From the IMG/VR virus record IMGVR_UViG_3300020045_001767, positions 1-25,887 of that record: 25,887 nt of DNA; one strand, given 5' to 3'. The position numbers were made by a program, and so were the translations under genes. Source of the stretch: a virus (Duplodnaviria > Caudoviricetes). Positions 1 to 6,376 of this stretch are shown here, in pieces. Numbering within the stretch: the first letter of the stretch is position 1; every line of letters starts with the position of its first letter. Below the pieces are notes generated by a model that worked only from the letters and a program-made list of their open reading frames with translations, searched no databases and was not told the origin of the DNA.

Positions 1-244
1 TGTATGAAGTATCAGTAACTTTCTTTAAAGTTTTTCGATTTGTAGCGTTTAAAATAATTGGCTTACATTCTAAAAAGAATACGGTTAAAACAGGCTCTTC
101 CATTTGTGCCTTTTGATTAAAAACAAACTCAGATTTAACTTCTTTTATTGTCACAATAATATCATTTGTTTTACCGTTTTCATCCTGTAAGTCCCAACCT
201 CCTAAATAGTTTGGATTTCTTAATTTGTCAATGTGTGTTTTCAT
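1..244 (-). CDS. Conserved phage hypothetical protein, truncated by the window edge (possibly recombination-module associated)
   Basis: Manual translation from ATG at 244: MKTHIDKLRNPNYLGGWDL...KPIILNATNRKTLKK..., open to the edge. ATGA overlap with the stop of ORF 241..543. Function is a guess. Confidence 0.7.
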   Translation of the reverse strand, partial: MKTHIDKLRNPNYLGGWDLQDENGKTNDIIVTIKEVKSEFVFNQKAQMEEPVLTVFFLECKPIILNATNRKTLKKVTDTSY

Positions 245-543
245 AATTTATAATTTTTTATAGGTTGTTCAAAAATAGGGTCGTTCACTAATATCTCAGT
301 AACGGATTTAGCAAATGGGTATTTTTTAGATATTACACCGCATTCAACACTTGCAATAATTCTACGGTTTACCATTTCTTGTTTAAATTTCGATTCTAAG
401 GCTTCAAATATTTCTAAGCTATACTTAGTATCACTTTTTAATAAAAGATAGCGTAGGATAATCTCGGCCTCTTTATCGGCGGTTAATCTTTCGTTTGCAA
501 AGGCGTTAATGTACTTTACAATGTTTAATAGTATTTTTTTCAT
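241..543 (-). CDS. Hypothetical phage protein (100 aa)
   Basis: ORF track; co-directional, coupled to the next gene, preceded by the repeated promoter-like motif at 559-590. Confidence 0.75.
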   Translation of the reverse strand: MKKILLNIVKYINAFANERLTADKEAEIILRYLLLKSDTKYSLEIFEALESKFKQEMVNRRIIASVECGVISKKYPFAKSVTEILVNDPIFEQPIKNYKL

Positions 544-558
544 ATCGTTTTATTTTCT

Positions 559-590
559 GTAAATGTAAACATAATTACTTACATAACAAT
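559..590 (-). promoter_or_regulatory. Copy 1 of a 32-bp promoter/operator-like repeat
   Basis: gtaaatgtaaacataattacttacataacaat matches 5044-5075 at 28/32. The minus strand contains TACATTTA, a variant of the Bacteroidota -7 box TAnnTTTG. Confidence 0.6.
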
Positions 591-614
591 TAAAAAGTTG
601 GTTTATTTTTAAGA

Positions 615-1418
615 TTAAATAGGCAACATCATTTTAGATATTATATTAGCGCTTACGTGTGTGTAAATTTCAGTCGTCTTACTACTTGAATGTCCTAAAT
701 GTTTTTGTATAATTCTTAAGTCAGTTCCCGCTTCTAATAACGCAGTAGCATTTGAATGTCTAAGTAAGTGAAAATGATATTCCTTACCTAAATATTTTTT
801 AACTATTTGATTACAACTCGTATGCGAATATTGCAAATCAAACTGACCGTTAAATAAATATTCCTTTGGTTTGTATTCAGAAAAGTAAATTCTAAGTATA
901 TTTAGTATTTTTTCTGATAATCCTACAATTCTATCTTTTCTACCTTTACTCTGTCTAATAGTAATAACCATTCTTTTACTATCAATGTCGTATATTTTTA
1001 GATTACATACCTCAGAAACTCTCATTCCTGTACTATAAGCCAAAGAAATAATAGCCTTGTGTTTAGTGTTGTTAATTTTATGAATAGCATCTAATAAGAA
1101 ATCTTTGTCAATAATTTTAGGTAGTTTTTTTTCTGATCTTGGATATTCGATGTGCTTGAATTTTATAGGTTGTTTTCCGGTGAGTTTATAAAACAATTTC
1201 ACGGCAGAGATTCGATGTTTTCTACCGTTTATTGAGTTTGCCAAAAGTAGCCATTGTTTTATCTGTTTTTCTGAAATTTCAGAAGGTTTGGTTGCTATAT
1301 TATTAAAATACTCCAAAAACAACTTCACTTGACTAGAATAATTAGAAATAGTGTTTTCAGAATAGTTTTTTAGCTTTAAGTCTTCGGAATACAATTCCAC
1401 ATACTTTCCGATATTCAT
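615..1418 (-). CDS. Tyrosine recombinase (integron-integrase-like/XerD family, N-terminal SAM-like domain), without the IntI-specific insertion
   Basis: Catalytic motifs GMRVSE (R), QSKGRKDR (K), HLLRHS (HxxR), LGHSS (H), TTEIYTHV (Y). N-terminus YSENTISNY is typical of SAM-like integrase domains. Confidence 0.93.
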   Translation of the reverse strand: MNIGKYVELYSEDLKLKNYSENTISNYSSQVKLFLEYFNNIATKPSEISEKQIKQWLLLANSINGRKHRISAVKLFYKLTGKQPIKFKHIEYPRSEKKLPKIIDKDFLLDAIHKINNTKHKAIISLAYSTGMRVSEVCNLKIYDIDSKRMVITIRQSKGRKDRIVGLSEKILNILRIYFSEYKPKEYLFNGQFDLQYSHTSCNQIVKKYLGKEYHFHLLRHSNATALLEAGTDLRIIQKHLGHSSSKTTEIYTHVSANIISKMMLPI

Positions 1419-1480
1419 AGTCTTAGGTGTTAGTTTTATTAGTATTTACAGATGATGTTTACATATAGTAGTTAGTGGCA
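1419..1480 (+). other. attI-like primary recombination site, predicted crossover G1471|TT
   Basis: First GTTA core (GTTAGTGGCA, 1471-1480) lies 53 bp upstream of the integrase start. Unlike the other cores, it has no upstream TAAC box or hairpin arm. Confidence 0.6.
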
Positions 1481-1488
1481 ACCGCCTA

Positions 1489-1713
1489 TTATTGCGGGAA
1501 ATATATTTCGGCATCTTTAAACGCAACCTCGTTAATAATATTAGTTCCCCATCCATTCATTCCATTAATAGCGGTTACACTTCCGTCACTTGCGTTTAAG
1601 AATCGCACCATTATTTGTCCGTCAAAATCTACATCAAATTCGCTTTCTAATAGAATTGATGCGTCTACTTTTTTAAAAAATCCATTAAAGAATATTACAA
1701 TTTGCTTTTCCAT
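1489..1713 (-). CDS. Cassette 1 hypothetical protein (74 aa)
   Basis: ORF fills the space between GTTAGTGGCA (1471) and TGCCACTAAC (1736). Confidence 0.75.
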   Translation of the reverse strand: MEKQIVIFFNGFFKKVDASILLESEFDVDFDGQIMVRFLNASDGSVTAINGMNGWGTNIINEVAFKDAEIYFPQ

Positions 1714-1735
1714 AATCTTAAAGTTTTAAGTGGTA

Positions 1736-1877
1736 TGCCACTAACAACAGCTACATTTCAGCTTTTGTATTTGGCATAAGGTTAATATTATTTTGTATTT
1801 GTAATTATTGTTTTTTTATCCGAAGTACCTCGCTTTTTTACCTCAAGCCGAAATTGTAGCTGCGGCCGTTATAGCTT
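1736..1877 (+). repeat. attC-like site 1
   Basis: TGCCACTAAC 1736-1745; arms cagctacatttcagctt / aagccgaaattgtagctg (one bulged base, one mismatch); core GTTATAGCTT 1868-1877. Confidence 0.85.
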
Positions 1878-1903
1878 ATGGCTCGATTTCGTTTCATAAG
1901 AAA

Positions 1904-2086
1904 TTATTCAGTGCCTGTTTCGGCAATTAATTCTAAAACATTTACTTCTTTTAAACCATATTGATATTTACAACTATCACATTTTTTCATTGTGATTTCA
2001 CACCCTTTTCTAGTTTCTTTTAAAATACGAGTTGCAATTCCTTTATCACATTTGCCACATTTAAATTGTTGGGTTATTTTTTTCAT
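1904..2086 (-). CDS. Cassette 2 small zinc-ribbon-like protein (60 aa)
   Basis: CGKC...CDSC cysteine pairs; ATGA overlap with the upstream ORF. Confidence 0.7.
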   Translation of the reverse strand: MKKITQQFKCGKCDKGIATRILKETRKGCEITMKKCDSCKYQYGLKEVNVLELIAETGTE

Positions 2087-2226
2087 GATTCTGCAATTAT
2101 TAGTAAATCTTCGGCATTATAATCGGTATCTTCATTAGATACAGCGTCAATTAAAATATCTGGTCTTTCCAGCAATTCGTTTATAACATTAATCACTTCT
2201 TCTCTTGTAAAATTTTGCTTTTTCAT
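2083..2226 (-). CDS. Cassette 2 small acidic hypothetical protein (likely start MKKQNF at 2226; alternative start 2286 inside attC2)
   Basis: ORF track 2083..2286; the internal ATG at 2226 has an A-rich upstream context. Confidence 0.65.
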   Translation of the reverse strand: MKKQNFTREEVINVINELLERPDILIDAVSNEDTDYNAEDLLIIAES

Positions 2227-2252
2227 TACGTTTATTTTTAAAAACCCGCCAC

Positions 2253-2392
2253 AAGCTATAACAGCAATTTGTGGTAATTCGGGCATTAGTTATTAATTTA
2301 TTTTTGGTCTTGTATTTGTATAATCTGTCTTGAATCGCTACTTTAGGATTTACTTACCCAAAACTACCACAAGTTGCAGGACGTTAGGGATA
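2253..2392 (+). repeat. attC-like site 2
   Basis: AAGCTATAAC 2253-2262 is the reverse complement of 1868-1877; arms gcaatttgtggtaattcggg / cccaaaactaccacaagttgc; core GTTAGGGATA 2383-2392. Confidence 0.85.
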
Positions 2393-2396
2393 ACCG

Positions 2397-2822
2397 CTAG
2401 TTGCCGGTTAAACCTATTTGTTTTAATGCCGTTGGAGTTAGCTGTATATTATATTTTACCAGGTATTCTATTGTTTCATGTTTTAATCCTGAAAATTGTT
2501 TTAAATAAACACTATTTATTCCATTTGATAAATATTCATTATACCTGTTATATTCTATAATTTCAAAATTATTAAACAAGCACCTTTCTTTTGCTTTTTT
2601 ATATTGTTTATACTGCATCAATTCATGCATTGCAAGGTTATGGAATTGCGCTCTATAAAGAATGTCATCTGATGGAGTTTCTAGAACATTCCCATCTTCA
2701 TCACAAGGAACAAACATCCATTTTTCATTGGCTTGTTTTAAGAATTTTGCGTAGTTTGTAATATTTATTCCAGACATACTTTCGTCTTGTAATACGTAAT
2801 CGGTCATTGATAATAAGTTCAT
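2397..2822 (-). CDS. Cassette 3 hypothetical phage-type protein (141 aa)
   Basis: ORF fills cassette 3; contains MFVPCDEDGNVLE. Confidence 0.8.
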   Translation of the reverse strand: MNLLSMTDYVLQDESMSGINITNYAKFLKQANEKWMFVPCDEDGNVLETPSDDILYRAQFHNLAMHELMQYKQYKKAKERCLFNNFEIIEYNRYNEYLSNGINSVYLKQFSGLKHETIEYLVKYNIQLTPTALKQIGLTGN

Positions 2823-2857
2823 AGTATTATTTTTTTAAGTTAATTTTTTACGTGGTA

Positions 2858-2995
2858 TATCCCTAACACGTGATTGTATCAATGGCTACATCATTTTTTC
2901 CTTCGGAAAAAACGCTGGCGGGTTTAATCAGGATTTACTTGTTTTCTTTAGTCTTTAATTTTAGCCACCGAGACAAGCACCCAACGTTAGCGGTC
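2858..2995 (+). repeat. attC-like site 3
   Basis: TATCCCTAAC 2858-2867 is the reverse complement of 2383-2392; arms gtgattgtatcaatggcta / tagccaccgagacaagcac; core GTTAGCGGTC 2986-2995. Confidence 0.85.
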
Positions 2996-2998
2996 AGG

Positions 2999-3292
2999 CT
3001 AACAATCGACCTCCGAAAATAAAGGCTTCGAGCATTTACAACATTCTACTTCATAATCTTGAAAAGCATAATCTTGAAAATAACCGCATTCGTCGCCACC
3101 TTCATAGTTTATATATTCGCTAAATTCTTTATTGGCATTTATTTCTTCAACTCTTTTTTGGCAACAATCAGAACAATAAAAAGTATTTCCATCTTCGTAA
3201 TAAATCCAATTTGCGAGTTCTTTATCAACCTCGCCCGAACCGCTAACAACCGATTGATTTTCAGCTTTTTTATTATTTTCTTCTGTATTCAT
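2999..3292 (-). CDS. Cassette 4 acidic Cys-rich hypothetical protein (97 aa), start inside the attC4 loop
   Basis: ORF track; YCSDCC and CCKC motifs suggest metal binding. Confidence 0.75.
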   Translation of the reverse strand: MNTEENNKKAENQSVVSGSGEVDKELANWIYYEDGNTFYCSDCCQKRVEEINANKEFSEYINYEGGDECGYFQDYAFQDYEVECCKCSKPLFSEVDC

Positions 3293-3379
3293 TTTTCTGT
3301 GTTTTTTAGTATTAGTGATTAGGTAAATATGGCTTTGTGTTTTTTCAAGCCGAAAAACAAGCGGCGAACGTTATGGTTA
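3239..3379 (+). repeat. attC-like site 4
   Basis: ACCGCTAAC 3239-3247 is the reverse complement of 2986-2994; arms ccgattgattttcagctt / aagccgaaaaacaagcgg; core GTTATGGTTA 3370-3379. Confidence 0.85.
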
Positions 3380-3380
3380 A

Positions 3381-3842
3381 TCATAAAAAACGCCTACGTT
3401 GCTTAAAGTACGCATCCATAGTAGATACTTTCCCTTCATTGTCGTGATATTTTTCATTTAATCCGTGCATAACTCCTTCTGTCAAATACTCTATAAAAGA
3501 AAGAGGAAAACCTCCAACTCTTTTTTTTGTCTTTTCAAATCCGTATTCTTCTGATAAGCTAGAAATACCCATTCTTAAAGCAAAATGTATTTCATTACTT
3601 AATCCATCTTTAAAACAACCTATAAAATTAGGTTCTTGCCTGTTTTTAAAGTAATTATCAATAGTTTCCAATGCCTTTAAGTATTCGGAATGACTAACCA
3701 TAACACTCGTTTGGCAAGATTGGGTATTTGGCTTAATTTGATGATTGTTTTGTACTTGGCATATTAGTTTTAAATTTAAAGTTGGTCTTGTATTTTCGGC
3801 AACAAGACAAAGCCACGAACCGTTATTCTTCAAATGATTCAT
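3381..3842 (-). CDS. Cassette 5 hypothetical protein (start uncertain; the frame stays open through attC5)
   Basis: ORF track 153 aa. The N-terminal ~50 codons overlap attC5, so the true start may be the internal M of MVSHSEY. Confidence 0.65.
   Translation of the reverse strand: MNHLKNNGSWLCLVAENTRPTLNLKLICQVQNNHQIKPNTQSCQTSVMVSHSEYLKALETIDNYFKNRQEPNFIGCFKDGLSNEIHFALRMGISSLSEEYGFEKTKKRVGGFPLSFIEYLTEGVMHGLNEKYHDNEGKVSTMDAYFKQRRRFL
3695..3824 (+). repeat. attC-like site 5 (arms not complementary, probably chimeric)
   Basis: TAACCATAAC 3695-3704 is the reverse complement of 3370-3379. GTT at 3822 has the same spacing, but arm ctcgtttggcaagattggg does not pair with cggcaacaagacaaagccac. Confidence 0.7.
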
Positions 3843-4056
3843 AATGTTTTTTCTCTACTGCCTCAAACAGCAACTGCCTATCGATTATTTCTAATATTTT
3901 AGAAAAATGATCCTCTGGTATTGGATTATCTAATTTAGAATTAAACCATCTTTGCCTAACTTGTCCAAAACTAGTTTTAGTTTTATTTGCAATAACTTTT
4001 AATATTGCTGTCTTATGCTTCATTAAAGCATATTTTTCTGTGATTTGTTTTTTCAT
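3823..4056 (-). CDS. Small basic protein, possible helix-turn-helix DNA-binding protein (77 aa)
   Basis: IANKTKTSFGQVRQRWF resembles an HTH. Its TAA stop coincides with the TTA of the last GTTA core. Confidence 0.6.
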   Translation of the reverse strand: MKKQITEKYALMKHKTAILKVIANKTKTSFGQVRQRWFNSKLDNPIPEDHFSKILEIIDRQLLFEAVEKKHYESFEE

Positions 4057-4057
4057 G

Positions 4058-4249
4058 TTATAGTTTTATCCAGTTTAAAAGGTTTAAATGAGCGCATCCA
4101 GTATATAAACAATATAATTCATTTCCTCTATCGTCATTAATTTTAAATGACATATAGGTATTGCCTTGTGATGTTTCGTATTTTTTACCCTTAGTTAATG
4201 ATGTCTCTAAGTCATGTACATCGATAGGACTTTCTACATATTTTTTCAT
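4058..4249 (-). CDS. Hypothetical phage protein (63 aa)
   Basis: ORF track; tightly packed in the operon. Confidence 0.7.
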   Translation of the reverse strand: MKKYVESPIDVHDLETSLTKGKKYETSQGNTYMSFKINDDRGNELYCLYTGCAHLNLLNWIKL

Positions 4250-4256
4250 AATTGTA

Positions 4257-4685
4257 TTATTTTAATGAGTTTGGGTTTTCGTGAATGTTTCCGATTATTT
4301 CTAAATGATTTTCAGTGTCTTTATATGCAAAGCTTGAGTAATTAAATTCGTAATTATCCCCTTCTTTTCTTTCGGTTGTTTTAGAATCAACGTAATAAAT
4401 AACTCTAAATTTTATATCTGGGTTTATTTCGACAACTGCGTATCTGTGCCAACGTTCCTCACTATGTTTGTGCATTCCCCATTTTACAATATCACCCTCA
4501 TAAATATCAACTCCGTTTTTATCGGTTAGTCCCGTGAATTGCATTAACGGTTCAAAATCATTTACGTCTATTTTAATCACAGCTCCTGTTCCAACAGAAA
4601 CTTTTACAAAGTATGGACAAAAAGAAAATACATTATGCATCTTTTTTCCAATCATGTCCCATGCTCTAAATTTAATTTCTCTCAT
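4257..4685 (-). CDS. YopX family phage protein
   Basis: Signature motifs MREIKFRAWD, LMQFTGLTDKNGVDIYEGDIV and EIIGNIHENP. Confidence 0.93.
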   Translation of the reverse strand: MREIKFRAWDMIGKKMHNVFSFCPYFVKVSVGTGAVIKIDVNDFEPLMQFTGLTDKNGVDIYEGDIVKWGMHKHSEERWHRYAVVEINPDIKFRVIYYVDSKTTERKEGDNYEFNYSSFAYKDTENHLEIIGNIHENPNSLK

Positions 4686-4801
4686 TACAATAATCCTTTT
4701 AATTCATTTGGCATACAAGATTTACCTCCAAATAAAAAGTTACTAATTTCTTCGTGCGATGTGTAGCCCAATGTGATAATGGCTAATAATAGTTTTTTCA
4801 T
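4685..4801 (-). CDS. Small hypothetical protein (38 aa), not in the ORF track
   Basis: MKKLLLAIITLGYTSHEEISNFLFGGKSCMPNELKGLL*; TAATG coupling to the YopX start. Confidence 0.5.
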   Translation of the reverse strand: MKKLLLAIITLGYTSHEEISNFLFGGKSCMPNELKGLL

Positions 4802-4825
4802 GGTGTTAGTTTTAATTTATTTGTT

Positions 4826-5017
4826 TTATATTGTTTTTTCGTATTCTTTAATTTGCTCTAAGAAATTGCAATCTTTTGGATATTGATTTATAAAATATGA
4901 TTGTCCTATTTTTTTACAACTTGTGCAAATTCCTTCCCCACAATCCCATTCTATAAACTCAGGACATTCTTTGTTTTTGCAAAATTCATTAAAGCAAGTT
5001 TTTATATTACCTTCCAT
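4826..5017 (-). CDS. Cys-rich hypothetical protein (63 aa)
   Basis: ORF track; seven cysteines; first gene after the repeat at 5044-5075. Confidence 0.7.
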   Translation of the reverse strand: MEGNIKTCFNEFCKNKECPEFIEWDCGEGICTSCKKIGQSYFINQYPKDCNFLEQIKEYEKTI

Positions 5018-5043
5018 AATTTCTATTTGTTTTATTTATATAA

Positions 5044-5075
5044 GTAAATGTAATCATAATAATTCACATAACAAT
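5044..5075 (-). promoter_or_regulatory. Copy 2 of the 32-bp promoter/operator-like repeat
   Basis: gtaaatgtaatcataataattcacataacaat; 28/32 identical to 559-590; lies just after a terminator. Confidence 0.6.
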
Positions 5076-5113
5076 AGTTTTTATAAAAAAAGTGCAAATT
5101 ATTTTTTAGACAT

Positions 5114-5144
5114 AAAAAAACCCTTGCTTGTATCAAGGGTTTTT
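5114..5144. terminator. Intrinsic terminator, potentially bidirectional, ending the late/lysis transcript
   Basis: A7-cccttg-cttgtat-caaggg-T5. Confidence 0.85.
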
Positions 5145-5316
5145 AACGATAACTAAAGATGACTAATCTTTTTTTAACCTGTGAAGAAATGGTGTGAAAT
5201 TTTTTTATTTATCTTAAATTGCGTACTAGCATTCATCCAGATAATTAAAGAAATAACCACATTGTTTTAGTAACTAAGAGAAAGTCATTGTACTTCAAAT
5301 ACTCTTTTCTATAATT

Positions 5317-5324
5317 CAAATATA
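5317..5324 (-). promoter_or_regulatory. Bacteroidota -7 promoter box TATATTTG
   Basis: Exact TAnnTTTG match in intergenic DNA. Confidence 0.5.
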
Positions 5325-5425
5325 CAACTATATTTTTAATTTAAACCATAATAATACGAATAAACACAATATAAAAAACAGCAATGCAAATAATATTGTG
5401 TACTCTGTTTTCTCTGATTCTTTGT

Positions 5426-5995
5426 TTACTTAATTATAGCAACGCCTAAAATAAATCCTAATCCAAATTTAAACAGCGTAGTATCGTAAAATTCTTTTTT
5501 AGGCGCAACTTCTATGTGTTGAATTTCTTTAGAATTAACGTATTTATTTGAATGTGAAATATCAATAGTATTTATTTTTTCACCTAATAACCATTTTCTT
5601 TTATTGCCTGTAACAATTATCAAAGAATCATTAATAGTTAAATCAGATACTTTTAAGCCTTTATTGTTAGATTTATAGGTAAACTCATATTCGTCTGTTT
5701 TTATTTCGCCTATACGCTCAAAAACATAAGGTACTGAATCTTTATAACGTACTGCAATAGTGTCAATCTTAATCCTATCTACATATTTTGTAATAGTTTT
5801 TATTTCGGTAAACTTTTTTACTATTGTTTCTGGCAATTTAACGGCTTCAATAGCTTCTTTTTTAGTCGTTACTGTTTTATATTCTACTGTATCGTGCTTA
5901 GTAATTTTGTCATTATTGCATCTTGAAACTAATGCGCAAATAAGAACTATAATAATTCCTATCCACGCCCAATTTGATTTTATAAATTCTTTCAT
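5426..5995 (-). CDS. Spanin-like lysis accessory protein (N-terminal hydrophobic/lipoprotein signal, C-terminal TM)
   Basis: WAWIGIIIVLICALVSRC N-terminus, FKFGLGFILGVAIIK C-terminus, downstream of the endolysin. Confidence 0.55.
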   Translation of the reverse strand: MKEFIKSNWAWIGIIIVLICALVSRCNNDKITKHDTVEYKTVTTKKEAIEAVKLPETIVKKFTEIKTITKYVDRIKIDTIAVRYKDSVPYVFERIGEIKTDEYEFTYKSNNKGLKVSDLTINDSLIIVTGNKRKWLLGEKINTIDISHSNKYVNSKEIQHIEVAPKKEFYDTTLFKFGLGFILGVAIIK

Positions 5996-6007
5996 AAGTA
6001 TTTAGTA

Positions 6008-6376
6008 TTAATTTGAAAGTAAAACTTTATTAGCTGTGCCCCATCCGTTTATTAACAAAGTTCCATTTAATTTAGGCTCTAAATGTATTGTTTCGCAACC
6101 ATCTATATTACATTTTCTTTTTTGATATTCTTTTTTAGAATTATAAATCTTTATCCCGTCTAAATTAGCTTTAAAAATAATAGGGTCTTTTGCGGTCTTA
6201 TTGTTAAATAAATGACCGTCTATTTCAAACATTCCTATTAATTTAGTTTCTAATTCTATAGCGGAGTGATTTGTAGATTTAATCCTCTTATCAATAAAAT
6301 GACTATCTTGTATTGATATTTGTGCTGATAAATTAGCGGTCATTAAGAATACTGACGCTATAATTAGTTTTTTCAT
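6008..6376 (-). CDS. Secreted hypothetical protein (122 aa)
   Basis: Signal peptide MKKLIIASVFLMTANLSA-Q with the Bacteroidota-typical Gln at +1. Confidence 0.75.
   Translation of the reverse strand: MKKLIIASVFLMTANLSAQISIQDSHFIDKRIKSTNHSAIELETKLIGMFEIDGHLFNNKTAKDPIIFKANLDGIKIYNSKKEYQKRKCNIDGCETIHLEPKLNGTLLINGWGTANKVLLSN

Larger units (their letters stand above)
1472..3822 (+). mobile_element. Integron-like array of five gene cassettes (1472-1868, 1869-2383, 2384-2986, 2987-3370, 3371-3822)
   Basis: Each unit begins at a G|TTA core and carries the reverse complement of its own first 9-10 nt just before a ~120-bp element ending at the next GTT. Confidence 0.85.

Noticed and set aside
615-1418. 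Ordinary prophage attP/attB integrase at a prophage boundary
   Set aside because: Phage-type genes continue on both sides, no host gene or tRNA junction is visible, and it lacks an arm-binding N-terminal extension. Disfavoured, not disproven.
1471-3704. Shufflon or invertible segments, since each gene is flanked by a 9-10-bp inverted repeat
   Set aside because: Each pair has a different sequence, all ORFs share one orientation, and each distal box is followed by a ~120-bp element. This fits excisable cassettes better, though inversion is not formally excluded.
1471-3824. CRISPR array or simple tandem repeat
   Set aside because: The repeats are conserved in structure rather than sequence, the intervening units are 250-480 bp and carry ORFs, and there are no cas genes.
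5145-5316. tRNA gene in intergenic DNA
   Set aside because: No cloverleaf or T-loop GTTC motif seen here or in the other gaps.
1475-6005. Plus-strand ORFs 1475..1729, 2330..2560, 3059..3322, 4534..4746, 4923..5156 and 5760..6005
   Set aside because: Antisense shadows of better minus-strand genes, mostly with non-ATG starts and no recognisable motifs.
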